The notes under the pieces: generated by a model | Database searches by the model: none | Told to the model about the DNA's origin: nothing | Seen by the model: only the letters and a program-made list of their open reading frames with translations | Program-made: the position numbers and the translations under genes | In this document: piece by piece, positions 41,591 to 53,759 of the stretch | Numbering within the stretch: the first letter of the stretch is position 1 | Layout of the letters: every line of letters begins with the position of its first letter | From: Nageia nagi | Lineage: Eukaryota; Plantae; Pinophyta | Length of the DNA stretch: 64,000 nt | Reading direction: 5' to 3' | NCBI GenBank assembly: GCA_050084985.1 | Contig: JBITNC010000002.1 | Location: 10,912,001-10,976,000, forward strand

Positions 41591-41881
41591 TCAGCAGTCT
41601 TTTTCTTTGGGCGACATGGAAGGGCTTCTCTGAGACGGCGAGTAAGAGAATTGGGGATAATTCCTCATGGACGGAATAGATAACAGTCGAGAGAACGCAG
41701 GCCTAAGTTTCCCGCTGCCATTTCCTATTCCACTCCTCATCTTGGAGAACTGCCTGAAGATGAGCAGCACCAATACCTGCACAGCCAAGAAAACCAGCAG
41801 ATATTGCCACCATGCCAGATCATGAGATTTCTCCACTACTGCCTCTATTTCACCCAGAGAGTATTCTCCTACCTTCATCAT
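41591..41881 (-). CDS. Small (96 aa) single-pass membrane protein, paralog 2, unknown function
   Basis: Intact ORF, 78/96 aa identical to paralog 1, no indels; conserved TATA block at ~41941-41979. Confidence 0.85.
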   Translation of the reverse strand: MMKVGEYSLGEIEAVVEKSHDLAWWQYLLVFLAVQVLVLLIFRQFSKMRSGIGNGSGKLRPAFSRLLSIPSMRNYPQFSYSPSQRSPSMSPKEKDC

Positions 41882-42239
41882 ATCTACCGAAACTCCACGC
41901 TAGATTGATTTCCTTAAAGATGGAATGGATTGTGCAATTGAATAGCAAGAAAATGGTTATGTTGAAATGTATTTATAAGCTATAAGAATGTTGGCCTCCA
42001 ATGGATGAAAACCATCGTGTCAATTTCTGCTGTATTTCTCTTCCTCACGCAATCTAAGTGATGAAAGAAGATCTAATCTGAATTGTGATTTAGCTGCAAC
42101 ACTCCATCTAAATTTGACGAAATCAAATCGTGGACAACCTCTTCACGCCAAGGAAATTGGGTTGGCTTAATGGGAATGGTCATGAATGTGTGGCTTTGGC
42201 TGTTGCCACGTAATTGTTGTTTTAAGCTGACCTTGATCA

Positions 42240-43800
42240 TTCTAAGGAAGGGAGAGATGATAGTTATCTTAAAGGATATCACACCTTCCTATTAAGGGAG
42301 ACAAGTCATCATCTCATGAGTCTTAAACACTACAAGATGAAGTAAAGGGTTGCTTTAATACCTTGATATTCAATCATTCATACAATTTACTAAGGATCGT
42401 TTGTTTTACCGAGGGATGGTTTTATGGTGTAATCATCCATGATATGTTATATTGATTATTTCCCTTGAAAGAAAGAACAAACTTTTCAAAGCTTCTTAGA
42501 TGATTTTCTTAAGAACAAGGATATACCATGACTTTGTTTCAAATTAAGTATTATAGTTTTAGGAATGATTTAAGTATGGGCTTTTAAGCATATAACTATA
42601 GGGAGGATAGTAGGATTGTCCATGATATTTACGTTCTTAACATTTTATTATCAATGAGATCATAACGTAAAAATTGGACACAATAGGATCCAATTTTCAA
42701 CTACAAATAGATGTTAAATAAGTTATATAGTCACATGACATCATTCAAAAGGTTACAAGAGATGACTCAAAGATGGATAAGAGGTAAAGGGTATGTGCAG
42801 GTCTAAATGGCTCAGAAGATGATAGTATATAGTTAAAATGTAACTCCTAGATTTGTTTTTACATTAGATTATCCAAATGTAAGATATACTTATAAACAAG
42901 GTTATTATTTATTGATCAATCATAAGGCATATATGGCACTAACAAGGGTTGTCAAGATACCTCAATATGATGAGATTTTACATTGATAGAGGAGAAGGGT
43001 GTACCATTACCATCTAAGATAAATAAAGCTAAGTTGAGTGAGATGTACATTGCATAGTGGTAGGTTACACAACCTTTGACTTTTACATTAATTTTGCAAG
43101 GGGTACCCTAGTATGGGGGAGGTATATTTAATGGTATGCCCCCAATGGGATAAGAGAAGGAGGCTAAGTGGGAGGGATTTAACTGCATGGACTTTAAAGG
43201 GGCATGTTGGATGCTTATGTCTTCCCTCATGGTTATAGAAGATTTTACCTAGATTCATAAAGATCCTAATAAGTATCGAGCTAATTTTATATTTATGTAT
43301 GTTGTGTATTTTACCATGAAGGATTTATTAATATAAATATATTTGTTGTATACATGGTGAATGGGTTAATGGAGGGAGCTCATAGAGGTTTCTTGAGATA
43401 CAAATATAAGTGTCAATGTTGATAACTACATAAGGCTTATTTCCATTGTTGATGGTAAGGCCCATTTTTAAGTCTTTCCTTCCATATATAAGAGAGCTAT
43501 GATATAACTAAATATAGATAAGAAAAATAGATTTTCTAAGGTCATTAAACATTTTCATTTTTTGAGTAATTTTTGTGATTATATATCATGTAATTTGAGC
43601 CATAGGTGAATGTGGATTTCTTTTATTGTTCATGTTTGCTATTATCAGTCATAAGGTCAAAACTTGTGTGGTCAAATTTAGTGAATTTATAGTGTAATAG
43701 GATTTCAACTAGGGTTTTTCTTTCAACCATTTGTGTCTTATGGATGGGGATTGTATAAAATCATACAAGTTTTTGTGGATGCCAAATTTCATGGATAAAT
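42240..43800 (+). mobile_element. Highly degraded Gypsy 3' remnant (integrase end, possible LTR)
   Basis: Weak DSRIVHDIY-like integrase C-terminal motif ~42600-42640; LTR-like downstream sequence; boundaries approximate. Confidence 0.35.
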
Positions 43801-43984
43801 TAGGTAACTTGTAAGCTTGACTCGATATTATTATTGTTGGTATCAACTTTGGAATCATTAGCTTTTAAAGGCAATGGTCTTTTGTTAATCAAATTTTCGA
43901 TCATACAAGCTCATCACTGATCCACCAAAATGACAATCTCTACATGTATATGAATATCACTCTCACATAATATTATCAATACAG

Positions 43985-44378
43985 GTGTTTGAAGCATGTA
44001 ATGCACATTTTGCTTACTACAAATACAGATACAAACTATCTCTATAATTTTCAATATTTTTTGAACTCCTATAAACCTGCAATAGCAATAATACCCTTCC
44101 AGAGGCTAAGCTTCTTCATTCACTCATTGATCACATTGGACATAAATTTGACCCATCTATGCACAAGTTTATGAAAGATAGACTTATTCACATGTATGTT
44201 AATTGTAGAATTTTGGTAGATGCATGTGAAGCTTTCTAGTTTATGATTGAATGAGATATCTTCTTATGAAATTTGATAATTTCATATTACCAAAAATGTC
44301 TTTCCTCAATAGGCATTTTCACCTTTTCACCAAATACAACAAACAACAACATTAGTCCAACCAAATCCGTTCACCTTT
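43985..44378 (+). pseudogene. PLS-class PPR gene 5' relic
   Basis: LKHVMHILLTT..PEAKLLHSLI..MYVNCRILVDACEAF*FMIE*DIF..FHQIQQ..VQPNPFTF, with stops and frameshifts. Confidence 0.7.
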
Positions 44379-44779
44379 AAAATTGATGGGGTATTTATGA
44401 AAGCCTTATTTTTTAATGCTACAGAATCATGGTATTGAACAATTTTTTAGGAATCTTGTACAATTATAGACCTGGAGAAGGAGGTGCAATAATCACTAAG
44501 ATGAAAAAAGAAATACTTGAAGGGAATAAAAAATACCCAACGAACAATAAACATTAGAGAAGGACTTACAAGTAACCTAGTACTTTGTTATGAAGAGAGC
44601 AAAGCAACTCTTAATTGCACTTTTCTCTTTTCTTTATCATTTTGTGTAGTTATTTTGTTTGGATTCATTCTATTATCTTATGCTTATATTTTCATTGACC
44701 ATATGGGTCCAAACTCTATGTATTAATTCCTTTGTAGGTCGATGCAAACTTGCATCACCAATAATAGCCTTCCAAACAA

Positions 44780-45999
44780 GCTCTAAGAGTTTAGTACATC
44801 AAGATTGAAGAGCACTTACTACAAAAACGCTTTGTTAGAAGTCCTTATTATCCTAATCTCTACCTTCAACAACATGGGGGAGATAGCCATTGTTGTGTAT
44901 GTTGATGATTTGGTCCTCATGAGGAGTACTAAGGAGTTGATTCTATCTTGTAAGGATGACCTCAAGAAATTATTCGACATGACTGATCTTTGTTTACTTC
45001 ATTATTGCCTTGGATTGGAGGTTTGGTAGATGCAAAACCACCTATTTGTTTCACAAATCAAGTATATCAAGGGTTTGTTGGAGAAGGCCAAGATGATAGT
45101 GTCAATCCATGCCCACACCTATTAAACATAGTTTACATTTGTCATGCCATAAGAGTTCCCCACAAGTAAATAAAACTCATTGTTAGTTGATTGAAGGGTT
45201 GCTTTACCTTTCATATATCATGCCAAATATTTGCCATGTTGTTAACTATCTTTCTAGGTTTATGCATGAACCTAATAAAGCACATTGGACATCGGTTAAG
45301 CATGTGTTGAGATATGTTTGTGGTACTGATAGTTAGGGCCTAGAGTACAAGAAGAATGTTGATATGGAATATGGAGAATCCTTAGATAGAATATCAATGA
45401 TTGGATATATATTCTTCCTTGGATCAAGACCAATTTCTTGGAGTAGCAAGAAAGAGTATCACATCAAAATCTACCATAGATTCAGAATATCGTGTTGCTA
45501 CAAATGTTGATTGTGAGATAGTATGGTTACATCACATTTTTGTCAGATATTCGAATACCACAAAGGCATCCTACCATTTCGTATTGCGACAATCAATGTA
45601 CTAAAACCGACTTGCAATCTTGTTTTTCGTGAGCACACCAAACATATTGAGATACAAGTGTACTTTATTTGTGACCATGTTTTACTACACAACATTCAAC
45701 TTCGTTATATTTCGATATAAGAGCAAATTGTAGATGTTTTCATTAAATATCTTGATTGTGAAAAGTTTGAATACTTTTGGAGCTTCCTCTCATGTTCTTT
45801 GAAGACCTAATGCATTATGGAGGTGAATGTTAGAATAAGAATACACTAGTGATTAAGTATAGATTATTGATTAATTATAGATATATGTTATTTTTAGGAA
45901 TATGAGGTTAGCATAACTCCCTTACTTATTTTTAGGTTCTCTCTTTTGTATTTATACTTAAGGAATGTAATAAAGTAAATCTTTTATTCCAATCTTTCA
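44780..45999 (+). mobile_element. Copia RT/RNaseH remnant with PPT and short 3' LTR
   Basis: IVVYVDDLVL..FDMTDL..YCLGLEV; HTKHIEIQVYFI; PPT GGAGGTGAA before TGTTAG at 45828. Confidence 0.8.
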
Positions 46000-46108
46000 A
46001 AAACAACTTAATATGTTGACGATGCATGCTAAGGTCATCTTCCTATTAAAACCTCAAGCTATTTATAAATGTTAATACAAACATTGTCTCTTCCTAAAAC
46101 TCCATTTT

Positions 46109-46279
46109 GTCTCAATGGTTGGTTGAGTTGGTCATGTGTTGACCCTAGTACGATTTGTGTCTCATGTTCGATTCCCAATACGAAACATATATGTTATGTA
46201 TTGGCTCATTACAATCGTCCCATAGACCGTTGTTGGTCTCTCGTGGACATTAATATACTTTCTTTATTCTTTCTTTTCA
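46109..46279 (+). mobile_element. tRNA-derived SINE
   Basis: A-box TGGTTGAGTTGG 46120-46131, B-box GTTCGATTCC 46166-46175, T-rich tail; second copy at 30061-30225. Confidence 0.75.
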
Positions 46280-46983
46280 TGACTTAATTAAGCACCTAAA
46301 AATTGTGGAGGAATGAAAAACTTTTAAGAAATTTTGAAGATGCATAGGCTAGATTCATATCCTTGTACTATAGGACATTGGTAAGGACATCTATTATAGA
46401 AATGGCCACGGCATTTCCTCTTCATATGAAAAGAAATAAAAACTTGTCAAGATTGTAGTCTGCTCCTCTAGTTAAAATCAGTTGACTTTTTGGCACTAGC
46501 AAAACTTGGAATCACATTCTTAAGTACCATCAATTGCGAGCGTAAATGACCTTCCACATAAAGAATTCAATTAAGGCACATGAGTAGAAGAATTGAAGGT
46601 AAAATGTAAAATTTAAATAGATCAAATATATTGGCCTATTCAGTTGGTAAATTATGCACAATTCACCTTAGAATAAGATATCAAAGAAAGTAATAATGTT
46701 TTAAACACGTCCTGCCAACTTGTGAGAGTAATTAGATAATTAGAATGATGGGAAAAAGTCCATGCACAAGAAATTGGTTTAAGCAGTGGTATGAAAAATT
46801 CCAAATAACATGTAATGAACGATTCAATTGCTTTGCAGACTCCTCTTTGTGCTCTTTGACCCTTTTGTACTGTAGGTATTGCATAATCACAACCAATGCC
46901 TTCAAATACAAGACCAGCATACAGATAAGCTTCTTAACTCTCTTTACAAAAACTGAAGATTTGTATAGGGAAATTTATAAATG

Positions 46984-47355
46984 CTATTCAAACACTAACA
47001 CATCCCCATTCCAGCTGCAGGATGCAACCACCGATGGTATTAATGGATGGTAAACAACATCTGTACAGGCATGTCCATATGCTGGGATCTGCCTTAGAAG
47101 TTTCGAAGATTTATAGCTATAGAAATAAATAGATCCATCTGCTGAACCAGTTGCAAGCAATTCACCATCCTGACTGAAGTTACATCGAATTGGAAAACCT
47201 GAAACGCTGTGCTCCTCATACCGTTTGTACTTGTTCAACTTAAATGGTGGATTAGATGAGAAAATTGCAATATAGTTCCCATTTGACTGAGCAACAAAGG
47301 TAGATTCAATTGGATGGTAGCGTATACAGGGGCAAGTATATGCTTCCACGTAAAC
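46984..47355 (-). CDS. WDR25: WD repeat-containing protein 25-like, exon 4 (last)
   Basis: Acceptor CAG|GTT; VYVEAYTCPCIRYHP..FVAQSNGNYIAIFS..ASCSWNGDVLVFE stop. Confidence 0.92.
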   Translation of the reverse strand, partial: VYVEAYTCPCIRYHPIESTFVAQSNGNYIAIFSSNPPFKLNKYKRYEEHSVSGFPIRCNFSQDGELLATGSADGSIYFYSYKSSKLLRQIPAYGHACTDVVYHPLIPSVVASCSWNGDVLVFE

Positions 47356-47498
47356 CTGATAAAGCACAAAATATTTCAGGATGCAGTGGTGACAAATCTA
47401 ACTCCTTTGCACAGAAACTGTTCAAGGTACCTTATTCTATAATCTCCTAAATGTAGACTGAACATGATTGAAGCACAAAGAAGAATTTCTTGACTTAC

Positions 47499-47986
47499 TT
47501 GATTTGACAAAGGAGCTTGAGTCCTAACATCCCAAACAACAATAGATTTCTCACTGGAATTTGTCTGGGAAACATCACAGGAGGAGACAAAATGCTTTCC
47601 ATCATAGCTGAAATCTGTATCCATGATTGGGCCAAGACCCCTCAAATATTCACTACTTATCTTGTTGGCTCTAATGTCCCAAAGCCTTAAAGTACCCTTT
47701 GCTCCACCTGCTAAAAATAGATGGCACTCTTGTGGATGAAATTTTACAACACTTACAATTTGTTCGTCAGAAAACTCTTGTATTTGACTACCCGACTCCA
47801 CATCTGTGAGTCGACAAGTTCGGTCATATCCACATGTAAGTAAATGAAGTCCTTGCTTTGACCACTGAAGATCTTTGACTGCTGCATTATGATGGGTTAG
47901 CATACGAGCTTTATGGAGGCCCTCTCCATTCCAAACATTCCAGATGTAGGCTATATGATCCATTCCTGCCGAAGCAAGAAGATGTC
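47499..47986 (-). CDS. WDR25: WDR25-like, exon 3
   Basis: Acceptor GCAG|GA, donor CAA|GTAAGT; GHLLASAGMD..WD40 repeats..PLSNQ; phases consistent. Confidence 0.92.
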
Positions 47987-48550
47987 CTGCAAAACTGCAA
48001 CTTATTAAAACATTCCAGAGCAATATTCAGAGCAATTTCTACTATTAAGCTCAAAAAAATGTACTCTCTAAATAGATATAGGTGTAGGTTGAAGAAATAA
48101 TAGAATTTTCTTAAGCTTCTTTCCATGTGTGACTTAGGAATTGAAGTGAGCCTCGTCTTAGGTGCAAAACTTCATGAAAAATAAGCAATAATGAACATTA
48201 GATTGATTTTGATTCTGAAAATGATGTTATTGACATAAAAAAGTTAAACCACATTCATTGCACGTTTCCAAAAGCAAAGCAAACATGGATCACTTCAATC
48301 TTGTTAACATTTTGCATACAAAAAATCAAATTTGTTTTAATCCTGTATTTCACTCATTAAAAACAAGTGATGCCAAATGTCAATTTGATGATAACTGGAG
48401 ACAGACAAAAATTGCATTTTGCTTGTTCGAGATGATTTTATTTAAGTGACTATCTTGATTTAGATAAAAATGCAAATTTGGGCCCACTTGAAGCTTTTTG
48501 AACAAACTTAAGCAATATCTCCTGATTTAGCATTATCTTAGTTACACATC

Positions 48551-50045
48551 AGCCTAGGTGGGTTCACCTATGTGAACTTAAAATTAGATGTCTCGGTCTA
48601 CATAAAGCAAAAGTAAAAGACTCATTTGAATATATCGGGATCGCACTTCCAAAGTGTTGCACACACTCCTGCTCTCAGAAAGGGTTCAACATTAGTATCT
48701 ACTGCAAGACTGATCATATTCTTCTCAGTATTTTGAATTTTCCTTGAGACGAATTCATAGGTACTGAAGCACATTTTTGCCAACCAACTCCACAACCATG
48801 CAAAAAGCTGCAAGCTGCATCAATTGGAGGCCGTCACAACCCAAAAATCTGTGAATTCAAGGACGTGGGATTTTTAGACCCTACATCCTAGAACATGGAT
48901 GCTTTGGGACCTCCATCCCAGAACATGAGCAATTTGGTCCCTAAGTTAGATTGAACCCAAACCAATCCTAAGAGTTGATTGCAACCAATATAGCACAAGT
49001 TCATTTGTTCGCTCAACAATGCAAGAATTCGTCCTCCAAGGTCACAAGCTGTCTGCCAGCCTACCTCCACTCTGCAAATTCAAGATAAATCTTCTCATGT
49101 AAATTTGTGTGATCCTAATTGCTACATCATGTAATGCATATTTGCCATTATTTTATTCTTCATTCAATAGACATAAATAAATTGTACATATTTTAATATG
49201 TTCTTTATATTATGTCCACAGTAAATGTAGAAACTTAAATTTGTATTTTTGTTATTTAAAATGTATTTATTTTTAAGTGTTTTATTTGATTTATCTAAAG
49301 TATCAATTTTGGACCCACTTGGGGTCAATTTTTAGAAATTAATTTATGTAATACCTTTTAATTCACATTACCTCATGTACACGTTAGCCTAGGTGCTCTC
49401 ACCTAGGTGAATTGAAAATTAGACTTTCCCAAGTATACAAAACAAGAGCAAAAGCTGATTGGATATATACAGAAATTTCCAAAAAGACATAACAAAAAAT
49501 GTATTTTGGAAATTCATAAGAAAGTGCTCTAACACTAATATCTTTTGCAAGACTGACCTACACTCTCCAACGCTTTTTCTGAAGTCTCATTTGTAAGTAC
49601 CACAACAAAAAATCACAAAGGGATCATCCAAACCGTGCAGAGCATTGCAAAACCCATCAGCCAACAGTCTTCACATGCCAGAACAATGCCAGACCTAGAG
49701 TGCAGTCACTCTAGGACCTTAGCCCGAAAACATGAGCAATCGGGTACCTGCCCTAGATTGACCACGAACCAGTTCGAGAAGCAAATTTTGGATAAGCATA
49801 GCATAGATCTATGGTCCATTTGCTACATAACACTAGGATTCATCCTCCAAGAACACAAGTTATCTATCAACCTACCTCTAATTCTCCAACTACAGATAAG
49901 CCTTCTCTATATCTCCATTGTAAATACTGTGTAATTCTAGTTATTCAATTATACATTGCATTTAACTATTAATCTAATTTTCATTTCATGGACACAATTA
50001 ATTGTATGTATTTAATACAATGTTCTCTTTTTTGTGTCTACAGTA
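48551..50045. repeat. Diverged ~670-bp direct duplication in WDR25 intron 2
   Basis: ~48551-49225 and ~49387-50045 both start AGCCTAGGTG..CACCTA.GTGAA..AAAATTAGA and end near TGTC.ACAGTAA. Confidence 0.75.
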
Positions 50046-50559
50046 ACAAAGACTCACATCCTGTAATATAACTTTGTTAAAGTATCAAATTAAGCAGGGA
50101 CTAGGACATTGACAATAGGAAACTACAAAAACTGGGAATAGCTATCTTAAGACACAAAAGAAATGAAACTTGTTTTCTCTGTAACAAGATACAGCCGCTA
50201 CATAGAAATTACAACACACAAACACCACAGATTCCTTATATTAATACAGTATATATAACAAAATAGTTTACTTAAGGAGTCTTCACTACTTCAGACCCTT
50301 GAAACAAGTATTGCACTTGGATCAAGCAGTATTCCAACTTTCTGCTTTCCTCCAAAATTATTTTCCTTTGTCGTCTCACCACCTACTTATAGCTTCAGCT
50401 TCATCATAAAGGCAAGATTGCCTACTGTCTGATACACAACCTCTAAAGTAACTGTCAAATTACTTTCTGATACGCAACCTCTAAAGCAACGGCCAAATTA
50501 CTGTTTGATACATCATTACAAGTAGGGGCATAAGACCAATTGCAACGACAAATGAAAAT

Positions 50560-53500
50560 AGCAAAGGGAGACACAGTTTGGTAAGCACCAAAGTGTACCT
50601 GAACATTCCTATTATATAGAAATTCAAACAAGAAAGGAAAGAGCTGTTAACCTTCAACATCATGGGGCATCTTCCAGCTCTCGCCTGCAGGTCAGGCAGT
50701 CTCAACAAATCTGTATCACCAACTTGTATTTTTATCATCCTTGGATGTTAGGAAAGCCCCAAGAGGTTGCTGCACACCCTTCTAGCATAATCCAGCTGTA
50801 TCAGTTCATTCCTGGCCACTCTCAAATGAGCATTACATTATCAGATCTTATATCGGTTTCTTTGGGACACTTGTTGATGACCACTTCTACCACCCAGCAT
50901 TCCACCCTTGCTTTTCAAAACAAATTCTGCATCACGGTTTGGCTTTGTCATTTTTTATCTTGTTCTTACTTGATTTTAGAGCCACTATTTAAGCTCAAAC
51001 AGTTTTTTTAGTTAAAAAATGTGACCCGTGTGATTTGTTCAGCAAGTTTTGATGACCATTTGTCTTTGATGGTCAATTGATTCAACTCCTAGAAGTCAAG
51101 ACACAAACTTCAAGATCCACCCTTCTTCCTACCAATAAGATTAGGTTTGAGAAGAGGTTAGTTTTTAGTTGGATGAATCTGACATTCAAAAATTGATTGA
51201 CAATCTTCTCAATCTCATTCTTTTGGTTATATGGATAACGATAACATTTGATGTTTGGATGGAGGCTTTCTGGAATCAAGTGAATCTAGGGATATTGTTG
51301 CCTGATTGGAGGCAGCTCAATTGGTTCTACAAATAGTTTATTGTACTTGGTGAGGATTGTCTGCGTGTTTGGCTGAAGTTCCACTATTGAGGCTAACACT
51401 ACCTCCATCTAACATAATTGTGCCACCACTCAATGATGACCCTTCTTGAGAAGTTTCTCCATGTGATGTGAGGAGACAATCTGTTGGGAGTCTGCTTACA
51501 TACAATTAAGCGTGTGAGATTTTCCTTCATCTTTAAATTGCATACATAGTTTAAAGAAATCCCACAATATTGGGCCAAATGTTCTCAACCATTGCCATAC
51601 TAGGGCCAAGTCACATCCCTCCAACTGAAGGGCATAAAAGTTGGATTGTTGCTAATGATTAGTTGAGCATTGCGAAATTTAGCCCCATAAGGCATTTTTT
51701 GCCATTTGCTAACATTACATGAAATTTTTTACTACAATAGCAAAGCAATTGACCTTTTTTGCTAACTCAAGGTCAATGAAGTTATATGTGCTCCTTGAAT
51801 GTAAAAGCAAAAATATTTTGTGACTTTTAATGTACCCCACAACCTTCATCGTTTGTGGAGATGTGATTTCCTCCAAGATGTGTACTAAAATCTCTAGGAT
51901 ATCCTCTACATATGATTGTTCTTTTGGTTTTTCAATCAGTTCTTGCTCTACTTTGGGTTGTGACATGCTTCCCTCATTGGTCATATCACAAGATGGGTTA
52001 GCTTCCATATTGAGCACATATATTCTCCATTCATTACATTTGTGACTTGAAGAACTTTTTTGTCACAATTGTAACAAAATCCTTTGGATATCCTTGGCAC
52101 CATTTCATCAAGTGATAATTGCCTTATCATTGGCGGTTTAAGCATAGTTGTGAAGGGTTGTGGGCAAGTGGCCGTACATTGCACATTGTACTTTCCTTTG
52201 ACAGGCTTGTCCAAGCTTACTACTTTCATCCAATTGTCAATGTTGAAGAGTTGTACCTCAACTTTGATATCTTCTTGTAGAAACAACTCTTGAAAAAGCT
52301 ATCAAGTAGATTAGTTTCTATGGCGAGATTCTCAAATGTCGTCTAATAGTACTTAACAATGCCTATTTCATGTGATTTGATCAAAAGCACCAACAGAATC
52401 TCAAATTCACTTGCTTGAACCAGATGAGAAGTTCATTTGTGAATTGATTCTAGAGAGTGAGTGATGCATCTTTTGTAATTATTGATACCAATGATTGGCC
52501 CCATGGTTGAGACAAAATGTTGCCAAATAGATCCATTGGCTATATTGAGTTTAGTGGAGTTCAACAATTGCATAGCTTTAATTAATCAACTCTAGAAATC
52601 TATGCCATCAAATGTTGAGAAATCAATCTTTGGTAACCTGGTCATATTTGTGGAGGTATTCATGCTTGAAGAATTTCTCTTACCCCCATGTTCTACATCT
52701 GGTTCCCGTCCGATGCCCTTTTATTTATTAAGGATAACTCTTGTGATATACTATCATGGGCAACTTGAAAGTCATTCCTCAATTCGATGCAAGCAAGTAT
52801 CCATTCTTGTTTCAAGGAGCATACTAATTTTTTTAATATTTTATGCTTTGCTAGTGTATCACAGGCTTATACTCAAAGACCATACAAGGTGAATTGGATA
52901 ATATTAGATTTAGGAGTATGCATTCTTTGCAATCCTCTGATATAAAATGGGAATCAATAAATAGTAATCAGCCTAATATTTTGGGGTATTCAGCAATGAG
53001 TAAGGGTTTTTTGCTCCTAGTCGTACTATCCATAGTTTCTCAAGTACACAAGGGTGATCTTGTTGGGTGTTGTTTTGGATGTACTGCTAAAAACGACAAG
53101 GCAATGGGTTTCATAGAGCTAGGTTTCAACATATTTTCTTAAGGGATCTCTCAATATATGCACACCTCATTTCACATGGAACTTTATAGGTTGATGTTCT
53201 TAGCCAATAACAATAGATCCTCCATGAAATTTTAAAACTCTTAAAACAAGGTTTCCAGCACATTACTTGTGCAAAAAAGAAAGAAAATATACGAAAGTAA
53301 CTTGTGAGTGGAAAAAAAATCTATACAAATTCCAGCCTTGGAAAGAGCTCTAATGCCACTTGTGGTGACACTTCAAGACCATTAAAAAATCAATTCTGCA
53401 ACTTCCAAGATTTAGAAGCTTTGGCCTTCTTATCGACATAGTCAACTTGAAAGGATTTGGTTTAGAGTCTTAGACCTGCATGGGCACTAGGAACTTGGCT

Positions 53501-53759
53501 ATAAAAACAATTTTAGCATAAATGTAAAGATAATTAGAAAGGATAGTGTTAAAAAGCCAGAAAAATATATTGTAGAAAAGTGAAATTGAACATAGTAATA
53601 GATATATAAAATAAGACTAACAACACATAGCATTTTTCTTTTATTTTGCATGCCTTTTCGAGGGGTCAACCTCCAAGTACGAGTCAACTCAATACGAATT
53701 ATACACTAACCTCCTTAACCTTATATAAGAGAATATTTAAAGTAGTATATTCTGTTACA
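50560..53759 (-). mobile_element. Degenerate Gypsy (chromovirus-like) element in WDR25 intron 2
   Basis: PBS-like TGGCATTAGAGC 53347-53358 next to TG at 53361; gag KGFCYNCDKK; protease TMKVVGYIK..LLLHSRSTYNFID; RT start YRYPYNQKNEIEKIV. Confidence 0.8.

Noticed and set aside
46109-46180. tRNA gene
   Set aside because: A/B boxes present but no convincing cloverleaf; similarity to the second copy extends ~100 bp beyond the head, so called a SINE
46745-47053. 102-aa plus ORF
   Set aside because: Antisense to the WDR25 3' end/UTR, no motif
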